Source: an uncultured bacterium (GTDB taxonomy: Bacteria; Patescibacteriota; Minisyncoccia; Phycocordibacterales; DATDWN01). From it: a stretch of 64,000 nucleotides of DNA. The DNA is taken from NCBI GenBank assembly GCA_903861205.1, contig CAIOTC010000003.1:7964-71963 (forward strand), in the 5' to 3' direction. This document shows, in pieces, positions 40,493 through 48,616 of this stretch. Positions within the stretch are counted from its first letter, which is position 1; each line of letters starts with the position of its first letter. The position numbers and the translations under genes were made by a program. The notes below the pieces were generated by a model, which was not told the DNA's origin, searched no databases, and saw nothing but the letters and a program-made list of their open reading frames with translations.

Positions 40493-40918
40493 ATGAAAAA
40501 CATTAAAAGAGGTTTTACGCTTATTGAATTACTCGTGGTTATCGCCATTATCGGTATTCTTTCCGCGGTTGTTTTAGCGAGTTTAAATACAGCTCGAGAT
40601 AAAGGTGCTGACGCAGCTATAAAAGGAGATTTGGATGGTATCCGTGCTCAAGCGCAAATAGTTTACGAGGATAATTCAAATGATTATACCAATGTTTGTA
40701 TAGATCAGACTGTTATTGCTGCTGTAACTGGCGCACTTACAGCCGGAACAGATCTAGGGGCATTAGCTGACAGATGCCACTCCGACACCGACCATTGGAA
40801 CGCTTGGGCCACGCTCAAAACCGACACTGCCCAAATGTGGTGCGTGGACAACACCGGCACATCGCGCCAAGGCCCCGTCGCCTCCGCCCCCACCGACCCC
40901 CTCACCCCTTGCCCATAA
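40493..40918 (+). CDS. type IV pilin
   Basis: GFTLIELLVVIAIIG; WCVDNTG...CP. Confidence 0.93.
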   Translation: MKNIKRGFTLIELLVVIAIIGILSAVVLASLNTARDKGADAAIKGDLDGIRAQAQIVYEDNSNDYTNVCIDQTVIAAVTGALTAGTDLGALADRCHSDTDHWNAWATLKTDTAQMWCVDNTGTSRQGPVASAPTDPLTPCP

Positions 40919-40936
40919 ATTAAAGTTATCACCTTC

Positions 40937-40967
40937 AACCCTAGCAAGAACAGTTCTTGCTAGGGTT
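40937..40967. repeat. REP-like palindrome AACCCTAGCAAGAAC-A-GTTCTTGCTAGGGTT upstream of RAYT
   Basis: Perfect 15-bp arms; core recurs at 41475-41497, 41699-41723, 25584-25606, 27035-27059. Confidence 0.9.
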
Positions 40968-40991
40968 TGTATATGTTGATATAATTTGCGT

Positions 40992-41687
40992 ATGTTACGA
41001 AAAGACCCATTTGTTACTGGTGAATACTACCATTTATATAATCGTGGTATCGATAAGAGGATTATATTTAAATTAAAAAGAGATTACGAGAGGTTTATGG
41101 TTCTTTTGTACCTTGCAAATTCGGACGAATCTTTCCGCCTCGATAATTTAATAAGCATACAGCATAAAACATTTGATGAAATTTTGGTTTTAGATAAAGG
41201 TGAGCCCCTAGTTTCCATTGGAGTGTGGTGCATAATGGAGAATCACTTTCATTTGGTGGTAAGACAAGAAGTGGATGGGGGAATCACTCAGTTTATGAGA
41301 AAGCTTGGTGTTGGATATTCAATGTTTTTTAATATTAAGTATCAAAGAAAAGGTGCCCTATTCGGGGGACCTTTTAAATCAAAATTTATTGGGGATGATG
41401 ATTACATGCGGCAACTTTTTGGATATATTCATCTGAATCCTTTAGAAATAAAATTTCCAGATTGGAAAAACACCCTAGCAAGAACAGTTCTTGCTAGATC
41501 TGATGATATGAAAAAATTTCTGGAAGAGTATGGGTATTCGAGCTATTTGGATTATCTTGGAAGAGATAGAGCAGAAAAAAACATTCTCAGCACCAAAAAC
41601 TTTCCGGATTATTTTGGCGAGCAACAATCCTTCAGGAATTTTGTGGACGATTATCTAGCCGAGGGTCTATTTGAAGATGATAAATAA
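40992..41687 (+). CDS. REP-associated tyrosine transposase (RAYT, Y1 HUH family)
   Basis: YYHLYNRG, CIMENHFHL (HUH), YIHLNP catalytic Tyr, YSSY; flanked by palindromes. Confidence 0.9.
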   Translation: MLRKDPFVTGEYYHLYNRGIDKRIIFKLKRDYERFMVLLYLANSDESFRLDNLISIQHKTFDEILVLDKGEPLVSIGVWCIMENHFHLVVRQEVDGGITQFMRKLGVGYSMFFNIKYQRKGALFGGPFKSKFIGDDDYMRQLFGYIHLNPLEIKFPDWKNTLARTVLARSDDMKKFLEEYGYSSYLDYLGRDRAEKNILSTKNFPDYFGEQQSFRNFVDDYLAEGLFEDDK

Positions 41688-41805
41688 TTTTAGCAAGTTT
41701 TAGCAAGAACTGTTCTTGCTAAATTCTTGGTGTTATTACCAGATTTGTTTTAATTCAGATGCCTTCGCAGTATAATTAGCGTATGGACTTTCATAATGCA
41801 CTGAC

Positions 41806-42549
41806 ATGGCAAATTCAAAAGTAATCATCGTTATGCCGGCTTACAACGCCGAAGCCACCTTGCAAAAAACAGTGGCTGACATTCCTTTTGAATATGTTGA
41901 TGAAATCATTCTGGTCGACGATGCTTCGCAGGACAAAACTGTCGAGCGAGCGCAAAATCTGAAAGACACCTATTTGAAATCAAAAAATATTTTTTTTACC
42001 ATTGAAAAAATGTCCCGCAATACCGGCTACGGTGGCAATCAGAAAAAATGCTATCGTTTGGCTCTGGACCACGGAGCGGATATTATTGTCATGCTTCATC
42101 CTGATTACCAATATGATCCAAAACTGGTAAAGTATTTCGTGGAATTTATCCGTGATGGATATTTTGACGTCATGCTTGGCTCGCGCGTCAGGACCAGAAA
42201 GGAGGCTTTGGACGGAGGCATGCCGGCGTACAAATATTATGCTAATAGATTTCTCACTTTTATCCAAAATGTTGTTGCCGGGCAATCATTGTCGGAATGG
42301 CACACCGGTATGAGAGCCTACAAGAGGGAGGTTTTGGAATCTTTACCACTGGAGAAATTCTCTGACGATTTTGTTTTTGACACACAGGTTTTGTTTGCAA
42401 TTGCCGGTCGGGGATACAAAATTGGTGATATTCCTGTTCCTGTCAGATATTTTAAAGAAGCTTCATCGATAAATTTTAGGCGTAGCGTTAAGTATGGTTT
42501 ACAAACTCTTTTTGAAACAGCGAAATTCTTAGTTGGGAAACTTGTTTAA
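41806..42549 (+). CDS. glycosyltransferase family 2 (DPM1-like)
   Basis: MPAYN, LVDDAS.D.T, GYGGNQK, HPDYQY, GSR. Confidence 0.92.
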   Translation: MANSKVIIVMPAYNAEATLQKTVADIPFEYVDEIILVDDASQDKTVERAQNLKDTYLKSKNIFFTIEKMSRNTGYGGNQKKCYRLALDHGADIIVMLHPDYQYDPKLVKYFVEFIRDGYFDVMLGSRVRTRKEALDGGMPAYKYYANRFLTFIQNVVAGQSLSEWHTGMRAYKREVLESLPLEKFSDDFVFDTQVLFAIAGRGYKIGDIPVPVRYFKEASSINFRRSVKYGLQTLFETAKFLVGKLV

Positions 42550-42602
42550 AGTTATCACCACTCTCGTTTTCAAATATTTTCCATACGCTGTATAATTAGC
42601 GT

Positions 42603-43463
42603 ATGGATTTTATTTTTGTCGCGTTCATGTTTATTCTGCTTGTTTTTATTGTTGGCGCGCTGCTGGGCAGTTTTCTGAATGTTGTTTCCATGCGCTACAA
42701 CACCGGACTCTCGCCGCTAAAGGGGAGATCGATGTGTTTTCATTGCGGAACACAGCTTAAATGGTACGAAAACATCCCGCTGGTCAGTTTTCTTTTTCTT
42801 CTCGGAAAATGCCGGACGTGCGGGGCCAAAATTTCCTGGCAATATCCACTTATCGAACTTTCAACCGGATTAATTTTTGTCGGAGTCGCTCTGCGTCAAT
42901 ATTTCTTGTGGCCTTTGTACGGCGGATTTGCTCACGGACTCACATATTCCATTTTATTTTTCTTATATTACGCTGTCGTTTTTTGCCTTCTGGAAGTTAT
43001 CGTTCTTTATGATATCCGCCACACCATCATTCCAAACAGTTTTGTTTACGCTTTCATCACTTTGGCTTTCGGGAAATTGTTGCTTTTTCTTTTCATCAAA
43101 GGATTTAATCTTGGCACAATCGACATCTTTGACATATCGGCCGCCTTTGCTCTTTTTGTGCCTTTCGCTTTGCTCTGGCTTGTTTCTGCCGGTAGGTGGA
43201 TTGGCTTCGGCGATGCCAAATTGGCTCTGGGAATCGGCGCCATGCTCGGTTTTGTCTCCGGATTTTCCGCCGTTGTCCTGGCTTTTTGGATTGGAGCGCT
43301 TTGGAGTATTTATTTTATTTTGCACAATCGTTTTTTGAAAAATACGCGGGTCGGTTTGAAAACGGAAGTTCCTTTTGCGCCGTTTCTGATTTTGGCCACG
43401 GCGATAGTTTTTTTCACTCACGCGGATGTGCTGGGATTGGGGAAACTTATAAGTTTTCTTTAA
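42603..43463 (+). CDS. pilD: prepilin peptidase PilD
   Basis: GSFLNV, two CxxC, YD, GFGDAKL, PFAPF. Confidence 0.95.
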   Translation: MDFIFVAFMFILLVFIVGALLGSFLNVVSMRYNTGLSPLKGRSMCFHCGTQLKWYENIPLVSFLFLLGKCRTCGAKISWQYPLIELSTGLIFVGVALRQYFLWPLYGGFAHGLTYSILFFLYYAVVFCLLEVIVLYDIRHTIIPNSFVYAFITLAFGKLLLFLFIKGFNLGTIDIFDISAAFALFVPFALLWLVSAGRWIGFGDAKLALGIGAMLGFVSGFSAVVLAFWIGALWSIYFILHNRFLKNTRVGLKTEVPFAPFLILATAIVFFTHADVLGLGKLISFL

Positions 43464-43496
43464 AAACAATTTAAAATTTAGAATTTATAATTTAAA

Positions 43497-44129
43497 ATGA
43501 ATTTAAAATTTAAAATTTCAAATTTAAAATCCAACGCGGGCTTCACACTCGTTGAAATGATGATTACGGTGAGCATTGTGGTCATTATTATGTTGGTCGT
43601 AATGTTTAACTACCGAACATTCAGCGACAACTTGGCTTTGTCATCGGCAGGGCAGGAAATAGCCATTGAACTCCGCCAAGCGCAGATTTACGGTTTGTCT
43701 GTCAAGGAAGGCGCCGTGGGAGGAAATATTTTTAGCTATGGTTATGGAATTTACGTTGAAAAAAGCGATCCGCTGAATTACATATTGTTCGTCGATAAAA
43801 ATAATGACAACAAATATGACACATCCAGCGTTTGTCCCGGTGGCACCGAATGTGTCGAAAAAGTTCCGATTCGCAACGGCGTGAAAATATCAGATATTTG
43901 TTGGGCGCCATTTGGTGGAGGTTTTGTTTGTCCGTCTGCGGCTAATGTTCAGTCAATGGATGTTTTGTTTCTTCGTCCAAATCCGGATGTCGGCATTCGT
44001 TTTCTAGTCAATGTTCCGCCAGTTACTCTTTTGGGTACATACCAAACTGGTCGAATTGTTCTAACATCACCCCTGGGCAAAACAATGACCGTCAGTATCC
44101 AAAACACTGGACAGATAAGTGTACAATAA
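43497..44129 (+). CDS. minor pilin (FimT/GspH-like)
   Basis: GFTLVEMM motif. Confidence 0.88.
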   Translation: MNLKFKISNLKSNAGFTLVEMMITVSIVVIIMLVVMFNYRTFSDNLALSSAGQEIAIELRQAQIYGLSVKEGAVGGNIFSYGYGIYVEKSDPLNYILFVDKNNDNKYDTSSVCPGGTECVEKVPIRNGVKISDICWAPFGGGFVCPSAANVQSMDVLFLRPNPDVGIRFLVNVPPVTLLGTYQTGRIVLTSPLGKTMTVSIQNTGQISVQ

Positions 44130-44177
44130 TGTACGAAATAACGAATGGGTCTACGAATGTCTACGAATAAATACAAA

Positions 44178-44789
44178 ATGCAAATACGAAAATTTAAAAA
44201 TAATAAAGGCTTCACATTAGTCGAACTCATGGTCTCCGTTTCCATTTTTGCCGTGGTCATGATTCTGTGCATGGGAGCTATTTTGACTGTGCTGGATTCC
44301 AATCGCAAGTCCCAGTCTGTCCGTGCTGTCATGGACAACTTGAGTTATAGTTTGGAGGGCATGACGAGAGCCATAAGATTTGGATCGGTTTATCATTGTG
44401 GTGCCGGTTCCGTTATGACCACTCAAAATTGTGCTTATCCAAACGGAAGTAACACCTTATCGGTTTTGGATTCGACCAAGGCACAACATATAAAATTTTG
44501 GTTTGATGCTGGTAATAAGAAAATTGTTAAAACGGTTTCTGATTCGCTCGGTTCAGGCGCAGTCGATTACGACTTGACATCTCCGGACGTTACAATTCAA
44601 TCACTGACTTTTTATACATCCGGTACGGATTCCTATCCTTTTGCTTCGAATAACTGCGCAAGCGGGGGTTTTGATTGTTTTCAACCAAAAGTGATTGTCG
44701 TCATCAAAGGTTTTGCTGGCACGAAACCTTCGACCCAGACGGCATTTAGTTTGGAAACAACGTTGTCGCAGAGAGCGTTTGATTTTTAA
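44178..44789 (+). CDS. minor pilin (PilW/GspJ-like)
   Basis: GFTLVELMV motif; C-terminal ETTLSQR. Confidence 0.88.
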   Translation: MQIRKFKNNKGFTLVELMVSVSIFAVVMILCMGAILTVLDSNRKSQSVRAVMDNLSYSLEGMTRAIRFGSVYHCGAGSVMTTQNCAYPNGSNTLSVLDSTKAQHIKFWFDAGNKKIVKTVSDSLGSGAVDYDLTSPDVTIQSLTFYTSGTDSYPFASNNCASGGFDCFQPKVIVVIKGFAGTKPSTQTAFSLETTLSQRAFDF

Positions 44790-44797
44790 TTAAAAAC

Positions 44798-45367
44798 ATG
44801 ATTTTAAAATTTAAAATTAAAAATTTAAAATTCAATTCAGGCTTTACAATAGTGGAAACACTCGTGGCTATTTCTATCTTAACCTTATCGATTCTCGGTG
44901 CGTTCACGGCCGTGCAGGGAAGTTTGCAGAAGTCATATTACGCCAAGGACCAAGCCACTGCTTTTTATTTGATTCAGGAAGCTGTCGAATACATCCGAAA
45001 CATTCGCGACAACAATGGAATGGCGAACATTGCGGCTATCACTACTGGTGGTTCAGTAAACTGGCTTAAAGGTATTGCAACTGCGGGCGACGCGTGTATA
45101 TTTGGAAATTGGTGTTATATTGATTCTCCTTTGGATTCAAAAACGGCTTGTTCGCCGAATACTTTTGCAAATTGTCCCTTTATTAAACAGGATTCTACAA
45201 CCGGGTTGTTTGGGTATACAAATGGAACTGCCACAAAATTCAAAAGAGCGGTCCAACTGACACCAATAAATGCCAACGAAATTGTCATAACAGTTCAGGT
45301 GGATTGGACAAGCGGAGTTTTTTCAAAGTCGATACAGGTCAAGCAGTCGCTGTTTAATGTTCGATAA
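44798..45367 (+). CDS. minor pilin (PilV-like)
   Basis: GFTIVETLVAI; QEAVEYIRNIRD. Confidence 0.88.
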   Translation: MILKFKIKNLKFNSGFTIVETLVAISILTLSILGAFTAVQGSLQKSYYAKDQATAFYLIQEAVEYIRNIRDNNGMANIAAITTGGSVNWLKGIATAGDACIFGNWCYIDSPLDSKTACSPNTFANCPFIKQDSTTGLFGYTNGTATKFKRAVQLTPINANEIVITVQVDWTSGVFSKSIQVKQSLFNVR

Positions 45368-45376
45368 ATATACGAA

Positions 45377-45841
45377 ATGCAAATAAAAAAATTAAAAAAT
45401 AACAAAGGATTTACACTTCTCATTGCTATTATTACTACAGGCATACTTCTTCTGGTCAGTTTTGTTGTGGCCAATTTGGCGCTCAAGGAAGTGTTAATTA
45501 CTCAAACCAGCCAGCAGTCGCAGTTTGCTTTTTATAACGCTGATAGCGGAGTGGAATGCGCCATGTTTTGGGATTTAAAAAATGGTGCAAAAAGCGCTTT
45601 CGATCAATCTACTGCCGGGTCAATAACTTGCAACGGACAAACATTTACAACAGGTAATCCCGTGGGGAGTATTATTGGCGGAGCAGCTATCAGTAATTTT
45701 ACTGTCAACTTTTCAAATGCCTGTGCTGTGGTTAAGGTGACAAAATCTGGAGTTAACACAATAATCGATTCAAAAGGCTACAATACTTGCGCTGCCGGAG
45801 CATTGCGCAAGTTCGAAAGAGGTATTACTATTACGTACTAA
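45377..45841 (+). CDS. minor pilin (PilX-like)
   Basis: GFTLL without Glu5; AFYNADSGVECA. Confidence 0.85.
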   Translation: MQIKKLKNNKGFTLLIAIITTGILLLVSFVVANLALKEVLITQTSQQSQFAFYNADSGVECAMFWDLKNGAKSAFDQSTAGSITCNGQTFTTGNPVGSIIGGAAISNFTVNFSNACAVVKVTKSGVNTIIDSKGYNTCAAGALRKFERGITITY

Positions 45842-47865
45842 TGACGGACAAAATCTCAAAGGAAACAATCGACAGATACAGTAAATTGGTTGATATTGTT
45901 AAGCATCACCAGCATCTGTACCACACTCTGGACAAGCCGGAAATAACGGATGAGGCTTATGACTCGCTTGTTCGCGAGCTATTAGATTTGGAAGAAAAAT
46001 ATCCGGAGTTGAAATTGGAGGCGAGTCCTGCTGAGCGCGTAGGTGGAGAACCGCTGAAAGAATTTGTCAAAGTCAGACACGCGGTCAGGCAGTGGTCTTT
46101 CGACGACGTTTTCAGTTTTGAAGGATTGCAAAAGTGGGATGAAAAAGTTCGCAGAATGATCACGAAAGAACCGACTCTGAAAGACGACAGGGTAGAATAT
46201 TGTTGCGAGTTGAAAATCGACGGTCTCAAAATTATTTTGACATATAAAAATGGCAAGCTGATTACCGGAGCGACACGCGGCGACGGGGAAGTGGGCGAGG
46301 AAGTCACTTCTAATTTAAAAACGATAAAAAGTATTCCGCTTGAAATTTCGCAAAAAGAAAATATAACAGTTGTCGGCGAGTGCTGGTTGCCGAAAAAGGA
46401 GTTGGAGAGAATAAACGTCGAGCGGAAAAAAGAAGATTTGCCTGTTTTTGCCAACACTCGCAACGCCGCCGCCGGTTCGATCCGCCAACTTGATCCGAAA
46501 ATTGTGGCCAAAAGAAATTTGAGCTCTTTCATTTATGACATTGATTCATTTTCCAAAATGCCGGAAACGCAATTGGGCGAATTGGAATTGCTCTCCAGTC
46601 TCGGTTTTCAAACAAATTCACACTTTCGAGTTTTTGATTCGCTTGCCGGCGTGGAAAATTTTTATAAAAAATGGTCAAAGGACAAAAATAGTTTGGATTA
46701 CGGTCTCGACGGCATTGTCATCAAAATTAATTCGCGCAAAATCCAGGAGACGCTTGGTTACACGGGCAAGTCTCCGCGTTGGGGTGTGGCCTACAAATTC
46801 CCAGCCGAGCAAGTGACAACCGTGGTGGAAGATGTCGCTTTCCAAGTTGGCAGGACCGGCGTCATCACGCCAGTGGCCCATTTGCGACCGGTGGTGGTGG
46901 CCGGTTCAACTGTTTCGCGGGCGACTCTGCACAACGAGGACGAAATTCGCCGGCTCGACGTGCGCATCGGTGACACGGTCATTTTGCAAAAAGCCGGCGA
47001 CGTCATTCCGGACATCGTTTCGGTGCTGAAAGATTTGCGCACCGGAAAAGAAAAGCCGTTCGTTTGGCCGACAGCTATTCCGGCTTGTGGAGGCGATGGA
47101 TCGATCGAGCGCATTTCCGGACAAGCGGCCTGGCGATGCGTCAACAAAAATTCTTTCGCCCAGCAAAAAAGAAAATTTTATCATTTAGTTTCCAAGGGCG
47201 CGCTGAACATTGTCGATCTCGGTCCGAAAATCATCGACGTACTGCTTTCCGAAAATTTGGTCGCGGAATATGCCGACATCTTCACGCTGAAAAAGGGCGA
47301 TCTAATTTCGCTTCCGCGCTTTGCGGAAAAGTCGGTGGAAAATTTGCTGAAGTCGATCGAGTCGGCCAAAAAAACGACACTTCCTCGGCTTCTCATCGGA
47401 CTTTCCATACCGCAAGTGGGCGAGGAAACGGCCTACGATTTATCCGAGCATTTTGAGACTTTGAAAAATTTGCAGGTGGCGAAATTTGAAGATTTGGAAA
47501 AAATAGAAGGCGTCGGACCGATTGTCGGACAGTCGGTTGTCGACTTTTTCAAATCAAAAGAAAATAAAAAAATAATTTCGAATTTACTGAAACATATAAC
47601 AATTGAAATTAAAGAGGATGCCCCTCTGGGGAAAGAGGGGCATCCTCTTGCTGGTTTAACTTTCGTTTTGACCGGCACGCTTTCCACGATGTCCCGCGAT
47701 GAAGCCAAACAAAAAATCCGTGCTCTTGGCGGAAATGTCTCCTCGTCCGTATCAAAAGAAACCGATTTTGTTGTCGTCGGAGAAAATCCCGGCAGTAAAA
47801 AAGAAAACGCCCAGAAACTGGGCGTGCCGATTTTAAGCGAGGATGAGTTCATCTCTTTCTTCTGA
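45841..47865 (+). CDS. ligA: NAD-dependent DNA ligase
   Basis: ELKIDG, TRGDG, RNAAAGS, DGIVIK, C-terminal BRCT domain. Confidence 0.97.
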   Translation: MTDKISKETIDRYSKLVDIVKHHQHLYHTLDKPEITDEAYDSLVRELLDLEEKYPELKLEASPAERVGGEPLKEFVKVRHAVRQWSFDDVFSFEGLQKWDEKVRRMITKEPTLKDDRVEYCCELKIDGLKIILTYKNGKLITGATRGDGEVGEEVTSNLKTIKSIPLEISQKENITVVGECWLPKKELERINVERKKEDLPVFANTRNAAAGSIRQLDPKIVAKRNLSSFIYDIDSFSKMPETQLGELELLSSLGFQTNSHFRVFDSLAGVENFYKKWSKDKNSLDYGLDGIVIKINSRKIQETLGYTGKSPRWGVAYKFPAEQVTTVVEDVAFQVGRTGVITPVAHLRPVVVAGSTVSRATLHNEDEIRRLDVRIGDTVILQKAGDVIPDIVSVLKDLRTGKEKPFVWPTAIPACGGDGSIERISGQAAWRCVNKNSFAQQKRKFYHLVSKGALNIVDLGPKIIDVLLSENLVAEYADIFTLKKGDLISLPRFAEKSVENLLKSIESAKKTTLPRLLIGLSIPQVGEETAYDLSEHFETLKNLQVAKFEDLEKIEGVGPIVGQSVVDFFKSKENKKIISNLLKHITIEIKEDAPLGKEGHPLAGLTFVLTGTLSTMSRDEAKQKIRALGGNVSSSVSKETDFVVVGENPGSKKENAQKLGVPILSEDEFISFF

Positions 47866-48133
47866 CACTTCTTATTGCATCTTTAAATTTCTCATTCTGA
47901 TCCCGTGCCAAATTGTATCTGGCGAAGAATTCCTCGAAATTTGTTTGGTATGCATTTACGACTGAACGCGTCCTCTCTTTTGAGGGAAGTGTTGTTCCTG
48001 TTTCCCAGGAACAAATTAATCTCGTATGGATCCCTATTATACTAGCAACATCGGCTTGGCTCAATGATGCCTGCAATCTTGATCGTCTCAGAAAAAAACT
48101 GAAATCGCGCATGTAATCCGGGTTGGTTTCCAT
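47849..48133 (-). CDS. XRE-family helix-turn-helix protein
   Basis: LSQADVA..IG......WETG..LP. Confidence 0.75.
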   Translation of the reverse strand: METNPDYMRDFSFFLRRSRLQASLSQADVASIIGIHTRLICSWETGTTLPSKERTRSVVNAYQTNFEEFFARYNLARDQNEKFKDAIRSVRRKR

Positions 48134-48213
48134 ATTGTCTCCCACCAGATTAAACTACATTTTAATTTATTTTGCAAACTGAAAATTTTTCAAGACTATG
48201 TTATTATGAAAGC

Positions 48214-48516
48214 ATGATCACTACCGAAGACATCAAACACCTAGCCGAACTTTCACGCATGGAAATTCCGGAAGGGGAAATGGAACATTTGGCCAAGGAA
48301 GTTGACTCTATTTTGGGTTATGTCAGCCAGATTACCGGCGCTACGGGCGACATGTCGCGCGAAGTGCCGGCTCTGCACAATGTTATGCGCGAGGATACGC
48401 CGGAAAACACACCGCGCGAATTTACCGAAAAACTGATTGCTAACGCTCCGTCACACCAGGGTGATTATTTGAAAGTGAAAAAAATTTTGGGAGGAAATAG
48501 TGATGATATAATCTAA
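48214..48516 (+). CDS. gatC: Asp/Glu-tRNA amidotransferase subunit C
   Basis: HLAELSR, NVMRED, NAP, YLKVKKI. Confidence 0.93.
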   Translation: MITTEDIKHLAELSRMEIPEGEMEHLAKEVDSILGYVSQITGATGDMSREVPALHNVMREDTPENTPREFTEKLIANAPSHQGDYLKVKKILGGNSDDII

Positions 48517-48616
48517 AAGTTAAGAAGTTGAAAAAGTTTAATAAGTTGAATAAGGAAATGCAAGAAACTTATACAACTTATTTAACTAAAGCGAAGCGTA
48601 ACTTATTAAACTTGTA

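Noticed and set aside
38571-40918. Diversity-generating retroelement acting on the pilins
   Set aside because: No reverse transcriptase and no template/variable repeat pair differing only at adenines.
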